Source of the DNA: Balanoglossus misakiensis
Lineage: Eukaryota; Animalia; Hemichordata
DNA: 64,000 nt
Direction: 5' to 3'
NCBI GenBank assembly: GCA_040954595.2
Contig: CM082591.2
Location: 11,487,309-11,551,308 of the forward strand
Of the stretch, positions 13,446-26,800 are shown in pieces. The notes below the pieces were generated by a model, which worked only from the letters and a program-made list of their open reading frames with translations, was not told the DNA's origin and did no database searches. A program made the position numbers and the translations under genes. The first letter of the stretch is position 1, and each line of letters starts with the position of its first letter.

Positions 13446-13974
13446 CTCACATAACGCTATTTGTGCGGTGGATTTATTATCACGTTTACACTCACTGCGT
13501 ATCCAAGCTGGGGCATCACCCAATGACCCTTTCTTTTTACTACCTGGTAATGTACCTCTTACTAGGCAGATCTTTATTAGACACCTCAAGCATTCAATTG
13601 GCCAGATAGGACTGGACCCTAATGCATACAGCGGTCATAGCTTTCGCAGTGGGGTGCAACATCAGCAGCAGCAGCTGGTGTATTCGACTGGGAGATCAAA
13701 GTCATATGGGCCGCTGGTCCAGCGACTGTTACAAGCGTTATATTCGCACTCCACGACAAGTGTTATCAACGTTTGCTGAACGTATCTTTACATGATTGGT
13801 CTTAAGTCCAGCCATCACTCAGTTTGACATGCCTGAATGAGTAATTGTAGCTTGTTCACAGTTCTTTTTTCATTGTTACTGTTATTATTGTTGTTTATAT
13901 TAGATGGTACATACACATGCGTGATGTTGGGAGTTTGGGCAGCCTTGTACTCCAATGTACAATTTCTTCTTCTT

Positions 13975-14155
13975 CAGTTCATTCACTTTATCTGCACCAG
14001 AAGAATGTAATATCTGACTTATTAAAAGGGCACGACGTATTTATGAGTACCAGAACAAGCAGCGGAAAGTCGATGTGCTACCAGTCGCTAACCACGATCT
14101 TTCGGCAAAGAAACGTAGCAGCAGTCGTGCTGGTCATTTCACCTCTTATTGGCCA
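13975..14155 (+). pseudogene. RecQ-like helicase N-terminal fragment, probably transposon-derived
   Basis: HQKNVISDLLKGHDVFMSTRTSSGKSMCYQ..VLVISPL = Q motif, degenerate Walker A and motif Ia; no continuation seen. Confidence 0.7.
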
Positions 14156-14579
14156 GATTATAATGATGCCATCTCATGAATATGCATTACCAATATGTTC
14201 AAATACCAGCGCGGTACTCCATTTTAACCAGAGTACGTGATTTCTATAGTGAAACGAAAGAAATCCGTAGTCTGGTGGGGCGAGAATGGTATTTTAACTA
14301 CTTGCAAGTTTTTGTTTTCTTTTTAGTCGAAACATTGTCTCACTGCGATAGAGAATGTATACAATGCTTGTCAATGATTTATTTATTTTTGAACCTTTTC
14401 CTTTGTACTTATTTGATTTACTGTAGGGGAGTTTAAGACTTTAGTCCATAGTTTAGTAGTGTAATAGTTAGGTTAGGCTTAGCAGTGTTGGGCCCCTATG
14501 CCAGCAGACCTCATTTGCATTACAATGGGGCCCAACACGTGACTTGTAGTTTGTCAGTGTCTAGTAGTTTTGGTCTTAA

Positions 14580-15171
14580 AGCCCCAGTATTTCTCGTGTG
14601 TATCCATTTTTCATCATCGAAAAATGCCCGTTTTTCCCGTACATTCATCATGGAATACTACATAATGAAGATAGAAGAAAGGTTTGGGCAACTGTAGCTA
14701 CGTGCAAGCTGTAAATATTGCCCGTAACACTTGAAATGATGCGCGGGTTTGTTTACAACGGAAATGTTGTACATGTTGATCAGCAAACGTGCCACTTTGA
14801 CATTTGATGGTCAGACCATTTTCGGATTTGATCTGGTTCCATCGACTGATTTCTCCCATAAAGTTATCTTCCCAAAATTTCGCCGAATTAGTGCGCATTT
14901 CTTTGCTGAGTCGTTAGATTTGGGGCGACTAAACCTCTTCCGTGTAGATTCACATTTGAGTGCGCATGCGCACTAGTCACGTGTGTCAACAAAGCCTGAC
15001 TTTCTGTCCGGACAGAAAGTCATTCTTCACTCGTTATATTGTAAATTGTATGAGTTTATGAGCAGAGCTGGGGATGATGACTGTTCGATTCAGTATCAAT
15101 TATCATCTACTTTTAGAAATTATAGATGCCATTTCTAACAAAATTTTGCCCCTACGAGAAATACTGAGGCT
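14580..15171. mobile_element. TTAA-specific MITE (Kolobok-type), copy 1
   Basis: TIR agccccagtatttctcgt / acgagaaatactgaggct, TTAA on both flanks; second copy at 36801-37393. Confidence 0.88.
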
Positions 15172-15599
15172 TTAATAAATACCTACTGATCCAAGATACC
15201 TGTTTCTGTGTGGGTGTATGCTTGCTATCCAACCAGTGATCCCCCTCCACCATTTTCCACTCAGCCAGGCCTTTCAAGTGTAACTGGAATTTGAAAGTAG
15301 ATATGTGTTTTTCAAGGTGGGTCAAAGGTCAAGGGGTCACCCAATATTTTTGTCTTCTCATTTTGACCCATGCTGATCGCTGGGCAAGCTGCTGTGAACA
15401 TTGGTTGTCCAGGACCTTTAGATAGACCAGAATGCCATAATAGATGTGATAGCTTCACTGTACAGGTATACGCCTATGGCTAGGTCACATGACTAATTAC
15501 TATTAATTGTTGGGGTCACATCTACACATTGAGTTATCCCAGATAAAGAACGACAATGAGAGAACAATTTCTTATGGAAGTTATGCCCTGACACCTGAA

Positions 15600-16000
15600 C
15601 AGAGACGGTACTGCACCACAAGAAAATAATTGCTGGCAGTCTTAAGGTTCACCCGGCAGTTTCGATACTACTTGCTTGGGAATAAATTTCTGGTATGGAC
15701 AGATCATCACAGTTTGCTATGGCTACTACGATTCAAAGAACCACAAGGCCAATTAGCTCGCTGGCTGGAAGAACTAAGCCAAGTACAACTTTACCGTACA
15801 ACACCGACCAGGAAAACAACACATCAATGCTGACTCCCTGTCAAGAAATACCCGAGCAAAGTGCCTCCACCAATTTTGAGCATGGAGCGAAATTGGAATC
15901 CTTACCATGCGGGGGATGCAATTATTGCAGCAGAGCACATCGAAACTGATGGAGCCCGTTCATCAATGAGGTGGATGATGTAATTCCCCTTTATACCATG
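15600..16000 (+). pseudogene. Degraded gypsy RNase H relic (fourth family)
   Basis: RYCTTRK..LLAV..WTDHHSLLWLLRFKEPQGQLARWLEEL..ADSLSR..PCGGCNYC with stops and frameshifts. Confidence 0.75.
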
Positions 16001-17219
16001 GCTGAACCCAGAAACAAACACAGGAACAGCCAACTCCACCAAAAAGAAGGGCCATATGGGGTGAACCAATGTACCGGTATCATGGACCCACAAATACAAC
16101 CAGCAATTCATGATGAAGAGACCTGGCCATGGGACCCTGGAGGTAACTTGGGTCGATTAACTTGCTGCAGAATCACCAGTGACACAGTCCAGGATGAACT
16201 AATCGACGTGCCTCATTCGAACCTAGAAATTCTTCTAACACAATTCAAAATCACCATTGTTACATCATGTAAATTCTAATTCATCTTTGATATTTGACTT
16301 GTATGAACACACAAAGTGTCAGTGCCATGCCCATACCCACAACACGTAATATCACTCTTTGGGTGGCAAAGTTGAGGTTTGTTGATGTCTAGAATCTCAT
16401 ATCACCCAGTATGGTTAGACACAATTCAATTATATACTATCTTCAGTAGACACTACACGTCATCATATTTGCCTTTTTTAAACTTTTATTCAGTTTCAAC
16501 CTGTAAAAGTACAATTATAGGATATGAAGAACCACTACTCCCATAACTAGGTAAAGGGAAGTGATCTGCCCAGGACCAGCACAATATTACAGAAGGCGAA
16601 GACTCCCTTACAGTCTGCCTCAGAACTCCTAAAATAGGGGTGTGTCTGGTTCTTGTCTTTTCATTGGCTGATTCAGAACAAAAAGAAATATAGTCATGTT
16701 TATTGAAACATGTGAGAATATCACTAGACCATGATAAATTGAACAGAGCTAAAATTGAAAACGGCCTAAAATATTTTTTGGGAAAATTAACAGTGTCAGA
16801 TTGGCTAATTCTCATGCATTGTTGCAACGAGCGGCATGTCAAGAAATCATAAAAAAAATCATTTGATTTTCCTCATTTGGTGTCATCATTTTACTCATCT
16901 ACATTAGAGTGGGTAACTAAGGATATTGACAGTTTTTATTTCTATAAAAAGATGTTTTAAAGACTTGGTTTGACTATTGATTGCCTGGACAAAAAAGTTC
17001 TTATCGTTCAAAAATTACAAATATTGCAGTTCCTCACACATATTGTAAGATTATAAAAGGCTATTTTTTTGTGTAGTTGCTTTGCTTCAAAATAATGGAT
17101 TTAGGAGAAAATTACTTAATATGCTTGTTTAAAAAAGACAGCTATACTCAATCAACTACCCACAATGCAATGCTCTGAGCATGAGTACTGTACTCTGGCC
17201 TATGTACCTGGAGTAACTG

Positions 17220-17716
17220 ATATCTAAGCAATAGCCCCCGCCGCAGGCGGGTATACACAAGATTTGTGTACAATTCGAGACATATAGCATGAGCCGTCAG
17301 GCGAGTGCTATATGGAGCGAATTGTACCCAAAACGCATGTATACCCGACTGAGGCGGGGGTTATTGCTATTATATTATATCAACAATTGATTTTGCGTTA
17401 TATTACCTAGTGTCATTTTCTTAACGAAACATCAGAAAGAGAAATTGCGATCGTGAACCAACATGGCGACGATGAATGTAAACACGAGCGGCCGGGATCG
17501 AGCATTAAACATTAAGCAGACAACAAAAAGTGACAAGACGGGCATCGCGCGTGGCAAAGTGACAAATATTTTCACAGAGCAGTTCCAAAATAAAATGTCC
17601 GTTAATTCAACAGTGATTTTATTTTATTTATTTGGTTTAAATACACACGATTTTAGCATCGCTGGATTGAGCTCCTGTCCAATCAGAATGGCGAACAGTA
17701 GCATGATATAATATAA
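17220..17716. mobile_element. Putative Crypton-type non-autonomous element just downstream of the ELAC2 stop
   Basis: Hairpin 17227-17368 with GA-gcc-gtca-ggc-GA apex; tatattatatca (~17371) is inverted to tgatataatata (17704). Confidence 0.5.
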
Positions 17717-17735
17717 TTTGTATTTTATATCATCA

Positions 17736-17870
17736 TCAATTCGTCCAATATTTATTTAGCTTTTGTGAGCGTTTGAATTTCCTGACTTCCATTTCCACCA
17801 GAGACTCTGCAAATAAACTCTGGAGTACGGGTAACATCTTTGGTAGGTCAGTCACATTGCCAAGATTAAC
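17736..17870 (-). CDS. ELAC2: ELAC2 last coding exon
   Basis: [38 protein letters not shown]; acceptor tctag. Confidence 0.85.
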   Translation of the reverse strand, partial: VNLGNVTDLPKMLPVLQSLFAESLVEMEVRKFKRSQKLNKYWTN

Positions 17871-20800
17871 CTAGATGAAAAGAATAGTACATGTCAAAAT
17901 TACAAAATCATTTTAACATTCTGATTTGTATGATACGATACAACACAGAAAACACTTGTGGATGAGATGTGAATTGTGTAACTGTATAGACAAATGTTAA
18001 CACCTCTGTTTTTGAAAGTGAACTTGTTAAACGCTGATGATTGTCTTATGGACATGTGTGTAATTCGGTGTAAACAAACATTCTGTCCAATCAAAATGTT
18101 CTACAAATTTTGATTTGGACACATTCAAATGCCTTTGCTTCCTTCCACATTTCACACGCACCGTATAAGTAGACTTTAGTTTTGTCCCTTCATTTTCACC
18201 CAATTTGCTGTATTTGCCTGATCTCCAACACAGACTATGGTCATCGCCATCTTGTCTGCTGTTAGGACAGCACACTGCATTATGACATTTACTGTACACT
18301 GTTTTTGTAACAAGAGTCTTCGGTTTGGCACATGTGCATAAGACAACCATTGCCCTGGGTGGTTGGAAAGGCTATTTTTGAAGCAAATTCTCTCAATGTT
18401 TGTGAATTTATTTTCACAAGTTAGAATAAAGATAATGACTTGAAATTTGCAGAATGTTTTCTTAACAAAAACATGCTGCAAATTTCAAGTCATTATCTTT
18501 ATTCTCTCAATGTTTGTTAATTTATTTTCACAAGTTAGAATAAAGATAATGACTTGTAATTTGCAGCATGTTTTCTTAACAAACTAAAAAGTGAGGGAAA
18601 AATATGACTGTAAAAATATCTGCTAAAATTATGAAATTTGATAGGCCTAAATATAAATATTCATAATTTTACAAAATATTGATTGAATCTTGACATGTTT
18701 TCACAAATTATTGAATAATTTGTATTCATTTTAATATTAAGCAACCCATCAAGCAATGTACGGGACATTTTCAGCATAAACTTATTTTTTTCAAAGTTAT
18801 CACTCAGGAAAAAACAGTTTTTGTTGATATTTTGTATACAACTTGAACGTGCTGCCAAAACACAACGGGAAAATTTATGCATAAACCGCTCCGTAAAATT
18901 GTTCTTTTGGATGTCCCGAGCCTTTCCTGAAAGTTTCATAATAAAAAAAAATTATCTGGCATACCAATTCAATCACAAATAAAAACCATAACATTATGGC
19001 GAAGGGCAGAAAAGTAGCGAAATACGCAAAGTTTAGCGGCAGTTCACGGCGAAGGATCGCATTTATCTGGGTCAAACGCCTTTCCGCTGGCCTTTGGGGT
19101 TCCCTAGAAGTGTAAAAATGTCCATAATTTGGCAGCCTTTAATGTACAAGCAAGGCTATATATCGCTGAATATTGCAAGAATCAGTGTTTGCAAGTTAAA
19201 TTTATATGCCCTTGGCTAGGGGAACCCGTCCTTGTGCGCATGCGTAGCGTCTTGTATAGCAACAATTCACTATGGGAGTCCTACATCGCTGGCTGAGTAT
19301 ATGCGTTTTACCTGTTCGGTGAGCGTGACACGAGCGGGTAAAAATTGAAGCGAAAGCTTCAATTTTTAAGTCCGAAAATGGACTTGCAGCAAAACGTGTC
19401 AAACGTACAAGCAGCCAGGGCCAAGAGAGACTACTAGTCCGAGCAGGACAGGGGAAGAATCTGAACATGGACCGGTCGAACACGGCAGTCAATCATACGC
19501 ACGTAACGCAGTCAATCCATTGCCAAGCACGAGTCGAGCTCACACCGTTAGCGAAAAAAGATGTTCTATCGAGTGGCAGTGGAGAATTTACAGATTGTTC
19601 AAACAACCTTGATTATATGCCGTCGATAATAAGACTCCCTAGCTTCCTTGCCAGGTGTATGAAATTAGCTATAATAAAACAAGCCATATCTTGTTACACG
19701 TTTATTGCCCAGAATTTTTCATCATTTTAATTTTTCTCAAATACATTTTTAGATATAAATTCAGTGGTTTTAAATGAAATTTTAACTGAAGCCCTAGCCT
19801 ATCCAACCACCTTAAATATTACTGGAATCATGTTGGAAAGACACTGCATAGACAGTCATCTTCATTTTCTAGAAGAAACCTTTAATGAGGTAATGTTACA
19901 ACTTGTGTAAACATATCAACACATACCTCCATTTGATCAAATGCAATGCCTATTTTTTTCATGTCTTCATCAGACACATTAATAACAGGAATCTTTGGAT
20001 ATCGTTGACTGAAATGTGTAAGCAATAGGAAACCAGCGTTCATTTCTTTGCTGATATTGACAGCTTGTGGGATTGTACTGTGAATAAACCATACATGAAA
20101 TTTATTGAACCAAACACAGAATAATTCATGGTCACTCAACACTTGGAAGACATATTCTTGTTTTATAGTCTCACATCTAAAGCGATCTGCAATTCAAGCA
20201 TAAAGATAATGGTATAACATGTAATGAAATGTATACAGGACAGGGTTCACAGACTCAAAATCACTCCAAATTTCACGACCTCCCATAAAGGTTTTGGGCC
20301 AAAATGCTATTTTACTTGAGTAATAAAGAATAATAGAGATTAATCTTGTCAAAACATTTTCATTGTTTATGGCATTATGAACAAGCGTAGACAGTTATAT
20401 CAATACTTAAGGACTTTTGAGTAGCACCTAGCCTGGAGACCAGGGCGTCGATCTAGAATACAACGCCCGGGGACAGTCGAGTAATATCCTGCGGAGCTGA
20501 AAGATAGTAGCCCTGGCAACGATCAGGGTCGCTTAGTAACGAATGGATAACGAGTGATCTATCAAAAGGCGCCAGTGGTTGGATGATATAATTAACAAAG
20601 CTTGGTTATGAATATTCATACACCTTCAAAACCACTCCCACGTCCCGTTTTGAAAACATACTTGGTGACTCCACCTCTATTTCCTTATTTAGAATGCGAT
20701 GATGTCATTTGGTTTACATTGAGTGACCAATTAGCTTACACACAAGATTTACCACCCGTGTCGTTCTGCGCACAGAATTCTGTGCGTAAATAGAGACTGT

Positions 20801-23800
20801 CCCCGGGTGTTTCTTTTCCCCTACGCCCTGGTCTCCGGGCTAAGTACATGTCATTTTTGGACCCCTAACATCATTTTGAAACACTGGTCACAGAAAATGT
20901 ATTTTACAGGATTTGAACCTGGAACTACTAACCACTACAACTCACACAGAAGGCAAGTCTGCACACAAAACCACTTTACCAAATCCAAATCCACAAGATT
21001 TACAATTTAAACAGAAGTGTTTACTGAAAACTTGTGTTGGGGCTCACATATTTCTGTGAGACTGACATGTGTACTACATTAAGTGTTACCATAATGATCT
21101 TGTGCGATTTGATCAAAACCAGATACAAATTACAAATCCTAAATATTCTATTTGCTAAAATCTCTGTTGCATGTTATTTGTCAATGTTTGAATATAAACC
21201 AGTAGATTTAATAAGACTTTGAAGAACTTTACAAGGGTGATTTAAAGTTTCAGGACTTTTACAGATGATATGAACCCTGGTAGATACCACAAAGGGATTC
21301 ACAGTGTGAGGAATATTTGGATGAAATCTCAATATCACACTATCATCTATGACTGATGCATTTTTGAATTTATACCTGTGTCTTTTTTCAAAAGCTTCTT
21401 CCTCCAGTCCTTCCTCAAATGTTCCTTCATGTATCAACAGATCAGCATTTTGACCTACCAAATAGAAATATATAAAATGTCAACTGTCATAAATAAACGC
21501 ATGTACCGTAATCGTTCCTTCGGTTCGACCACACCATTAGTTCGACCACCTACTATTCTTTTGATAATTATTTTACAACCCCTTAAATTTCGCCGAGTGC
21601 TAAACGCGTAACCTGTTTTCCCCTTTGCCTGAGCTCAAACAGCCAAAAATGGATAATGACCCTTGTCTGACCACAAATCAGGCGTGAATAGTTAATTAAG
21701 GAAAGAGGTCATTTTGTAACGGGGGGGGGGGGGGGGGGGGGGGGGGGCTGAAAATTGAGGGGATACAAGTGGCAGTTTCTAATGAGCTTGCATGTAAAAT
21801 TACCCCTCTGAAAAGAGCGATGTTTAGCACCTTGCTTAGTCAACAGTCAATGTGCCTTGTTGCTGATGGTCATCAGTAAAATGAGGAGCCCAAAAACCTA
21901 CAGGCAAAACCTTGAGGTAGTCGGAACTTACTGCAGCTGGGGCTCTGCTGAATAAATTGAGACCCCCAGTGGAAGTGATAGTGAAACTTGTAGCAAAGTT
22001 CATGGTGATAATTGCTTGGCAACTAGGTCTTGCCATTTTCTGCCTAAAAATACATCCCTGTGCGTGAATAAATTAAAAACGTCTTTGTCCCAAGGGACCA
22101 ACTTAAAGCGTGTTCCCACATGCTTTTATATTACACACTGGTACCGTAGTAGCACTTATACTTAAAGGATGAATGTGCAAAAACTGGAAAAGTGTGGATT
22201 TTCTTGGATCTACCATTCATTTTTTGTGGGACAACAAATGGGACAAGTTGGCGAAATGTGTTGTTGATTTTCAATCGCACCATGAAGCCTATTTGAACCT
22301 AATTTGCATAAATGTCCAAGGGGGTCACTCTGGCAGTTTGACTCATTTTTACCCCCATTGTTTCGTCTTTTTGTAAAGCATAATTATTTTTTCCTGGTCG
22401 AACCGAAGGCACAATTACGGTATACACAAATCATGATCATCAACCTATGATACAAATCCTTTTCATTTTCATTAAGCTTAATTAATGGGGCAGAAAAGCT
22501 CAGCTAATTTTCACATTTCCCAATTCCTCAAATACCCATTTAACAAATTCTGACTTGAATCGCATTGATACGTGCTCCCATTGCTGAGATCGGCACTGCG
22601 TAAATCTTGGTGACAAAGTCTGTCCAGATCATGGGCGCAAAAAGGCTCATGGGAGCTTCGGGCGTGAAGTCATTTACAAACAACTTTTAATAGAAGTGCT
22701 ATCCAGCCCTATGAGCTTGTGCCTCTATTCAAATTATGGCCTACTTCGTGAGCAACTATTTCAGCCATACTCATAATTAAAATTTGTGCGCCAACAAAAT
22801 AGTTTATTGTTGTGCTGTAGGATGCAGAAACAATTTGAGAAAAAACACAAATAGGGTGAGTTTTCACCCCTTTCCGAAGTTAGATTTGTACTGGAGGCAG
22901 TGTCGTTGCAACTGCACGCTTAGAATGGGGTTGGCCTGCAGCTGTCCATTGGGGTAATCCCCCCCCCCCCCCATGGTACAGCTGCGTTAGCACAACTAAC
23001 CCCAAGCACAAAGCCATAGAGGGTGCTGGTCATGGGTCCCCAAATACGATCATCACAGAAAGCCTGTCTGCAGATTTTGGAAATCATCAGGTCAGACATT
23101 TGACTGTTAAAGTGAAGGGGTCGTCGCGCCGCGTTTGTTTGTTTATAAACATTACAAGTCATCCACAAATCCCTGAAATTAGATAATTCTTAGAAAAACG
23201 AAGCAGCCAACCCAGCGTAGACTGGGCCTGACAGCAACTGAAGATCCTAGTAGGTCGTGGCGACTGCAGTAGGGTTTGCGCTGTTATGGGAGGACATATT
23301 CTCATTGAGGGGGACACCCACGCGGCGCGACGACCCCTTCCCTTTAATTGCGCTGTTTTCTAGTTCTGGTGACACCCTCAACGGTCAGAGGCATGCGAAT
23401 GAGCGCCCTCATTGTTGGGTTATTGAGTTCTGGATATTTTTCATGACAAGATACTGTAAAATTTTAAGGAACTTTGCAAGAGCCAAAAGTATGTGATAAT
23501 AAATAGTCTTGAAAGAACAATGTGTACAACAGAATGTAATTCAGAGATAAGAAGAATGTGAAAATTAATCGTTGTTGATATCGCGAAATGTTCATGTCAC
23601 GAAAATTTCCCGGTTTACAGTAAGTGACTTACCAATATCAATCAAGGCATGACATGGCATAGTATCACCAGAATACACCAGCTTCCATCCATCTCGATGT
23701 GTTACAGCAACACCATATGGTTGGGAGAAATGATTCACCACAACTGTTTCCATCTGTTATGAAAAAAAAATTTCTAAATCACTTGATAATATTCACAGAT

Positions 23801-26800
23801 TGCATCATCATGACAGTCTGCGATTCAACCTAAGTTCAGATTTTGGATCAAACAATACACTCGCTCGCTCACTCGCTGGATTCAACTGAAAATTTGTGAC
23901 AATGCTTTGGCAAACCATATTTTCATACCCTAAAAACAGCCAGTGTTCTTGGATTTTTTTTTAAATCAAAACTTGAGCAAAATGTTATCATTTTTGACAT
24001 TCAATACTCATGCCATGTTAACACAAAGCCCCAGACAATTGTTTGAAAATACAGGGCTAATTTTATACATACTTTGCTCAGCTGTAGTTGTGTACACAAC
24101 TCTCTAGTCTCTTTATCCGTCTTTGCTCCTGATGCCAGCAAATTTTTACAAGGAACAAAACTGTAAAATATATCAATAAATAATGTTAGAGTATTTCTTT
24201 CCATTTTCATGTAATATCTATATGACAAACTTTCTATTTAGTCCATAATACCTACACATAACATTGTCGCAAGTGTGCCATGAGTGTGCACCTTGGAAAC
24301 AATTATCACAAAAATAATAATCCTCCAATCCTTTTAATTCTTTTCTTATTAAGGTGTGTGAGGAGGCGTTCTAAAAACAGGAAGAACCCAGTGTGTCAAT
24401 CAATTTGGTTTAATCCATTCCACTTTTGTGAATGTAAATTGGGACAATTCTGCTTTCGCATTCAAAATTTTCTGCTGTTAAAACTGATTTTTATTATCAA
24501 TTTTAAGCGAGAATAATCTGAAGTTGCCTAGAGCAAAATTTGAGAAAAAGTTTAAGACTGATTTTCAAGGCATATCTACCTTAATTGGAGTTTATTCTTA
24601 CAATTTCAGAAATACCAATGTATGAGTCCTGCTCAATTACAAAGTCAGTTTCTACTCATTATATTGATGACCATCAGCAACAAGGCACATTGACCGTTGA
24701 CTAAGTAAGGTGCTAAACATCGCTGTTTTCTGAAGAGTAATTTGACATGCAAGCTCATTAGAAACTGCCACTTGTATCCCCTCAATTTTCAGCCCCCTTT
24801 AAGTATAAGCGCTACTACGGTACCAGTGTGTAATATAAAAGCATGTGGGAACACGCTTTAAGTTGGTCCCTTGGGACAAAGACGTTTTTAATTTATTCAC
24901 GCACAGGGATGTATTTTTAGGCAGAAAATGGCAAGACCTAGTTGCCAAGCAATTATCACCATGAACTTTGCTACAAGTTTCACTATCACTTCCACTGGGG
25001 GTCTCAATTTTGTCAGCAGAGCCCCAGCTGCAGTAAGTTCCGACTACCTCAAGGTTTTGCCTGTAGGTTTTTGGGCTCCTCATTTTACTGATGACCATCA
25101 GCAACAAGGCACATTGACTGTTGACTAAGCAAGGTGCTAAACATCGCTCTTTTCAGAGGGGTAATTTTACATGCAAGCTCATTAGAAACTGCCACTTGTA
25201 TCCCCTCAATTTTCAGCCCCCCCCCCCCCCCCCCTGTTACAAAATGACCTCTTTCCTTAATTAACTATTCACGCCTGATTTGTGGTCAGACAAGGGTCAT
25301 TATCCATTTTTGGCTGTTTGAGCTCAGGCAAAGGGGAAAACAGGTTACGCGTTTAGCACTCAGCGAAATTTAAGGGGTTGTAAAATAATTGTCAAAAGAA
25401 TAGTGGGTGGTCGAAGTAAGGGACCGTTCATTTTTTACGGCCGGGTTTCATTTTTAAACTTGCCGCTCCACCCCCCCCCCCCCCCACCCCCCTGGCCGTA
25501 AAAACTGAATGGTCCCTAATGGTGTGGTCAAACCGAAGGCACGATTACGGTACTCATAATAAATCTACACACTGATGAGATATTTCAAATCAAATGATCA
25601 CCTGATATTTGTGAGTATTGGTTGGAAGTCTTTGTTGTACTTGTTTAACCATGTGATCAGTTTTGTAGGAACCACTAGATTTAGTGGTTTGAAGTCAGTT
25701 TTCAAATCTGCCTGTAAAGTAAAAACAAAAGAACATATCTAGAAAATGTATTCTTCATAGCCAGATATGATCATGTGACAGGAGTGGCTGGTTGTGTGGG
25801 GCAAAAAACTTCATGCAAAGGTACAGAACAAACATTACACATCTTAGTTGACCTGGTCTGATAACGTGGGAATATCTGTCCAAACAATAAAATTCACTAC
25901 ATTTCAAAACGACAGTGACCCCTTATTTGAATTTCAAATAAGGTCACTCCAACACAAATCAGCACAACACAACAAACAAAACAAAACACTTACTGAAACT
26001 TTCTGTCTTTCAAGCAGTAGATTGATTAGCCCCTACAATGAACAAAAATACAAAGACACCATTATTGCAAAATTGTACTTTCAATAAATCAGAATATCAT
26101 GTTAAAGCCCAATGACCTACAACTTTGGGGATGATTATCATATTTTTTAGCTCTGCTGTGACTTGTGTCAGCTGAGCTTTAGCAGTAGGTTGATAAGTGT
26201 CCGTCTGTTGTCTGTCCGTCCGTCGTCTGTCGTCCGTCAACTTTTGGTATTTCAATCTTCTTCTTTAAAACAACTTGGCATATTTAGCTGAAATTTGGTT
26301 GGAATGTGAGTTATGGTGCCCTTAACCTTTGGTAAAAAATCTTCTTCTCCCTAACTACATGTACGATGGAGCTAAAACCCTTAAAACAACATCATATAAT
26401 CACTTTCACAAACAGCTTATCACAATAATTAAGGGCTTTCTCACTGGCACGTTTACACCGGTGCTACACCGGTGTAGATTTGACACCGCCGGAAAAAAAC
26501 AAGTGAGAACACCTTACACCGGTGTTGGGCCGGTGTTAATTTGCGACGGCGATGGGTGGTGGGTCAGGGCCAGTGCTGGGCCAGCACTCCGACGCAAATA
26601 TGCAGTGAGAACGCAAAGATAAACAAACACCGTTCAAAAGCGCCACCCTGCAGTGACTTTTGGGTATGTTTATTAGGTATAGCCCATTGTCTTTGGTCAG
26701 TTTCCATTGTTAAGTCAATCACACTGGACGCGAGTGGTTTTCAAACCATTCGCAGTTTGCCAGGTCTGCAACACTTCTGTCTGCTACCAACTTTCAGAAG

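Larger units (their letters stand above)
5990..13790 (+). mobile_element. Disrupted Ngaro/DIRS-type YR retrotransposon (RNase H + tyrosine recombinase), split by three insertions
   Basis: Removing the insertions gives RNase H INWRELYAIV..ADTWG..ILFHCDN..HIAGSKNTIADALSR (~6050-6410) and YR YSANT..YLQFC (6521-6767) + AFFGLFRSGEL..KKSKCDPF (12101-12432) + YSGHSFR..GRWSSDCYKRYIR (13453-13750); contains frameshifts; outer limits approximate. Confidence 0.85.

Noticed and set aside
5953-13790. Phage integrase or bacterial contamination
   Set aside because: The YR follows a DIRS-type RNase H and carries eukaryotic TE insertions; it is a Ngaro/DIRS element
18027-18350. Cys-rich ORF, possibly a piggyBac C-terminal relic
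   Set aside because: Cys spacing broken and no termini identified
21721-21747. Long G homopolymer as a G-quadruplex signal
   Set aside because: Variable-length tract within the mariner MITE, much shorter in another copy
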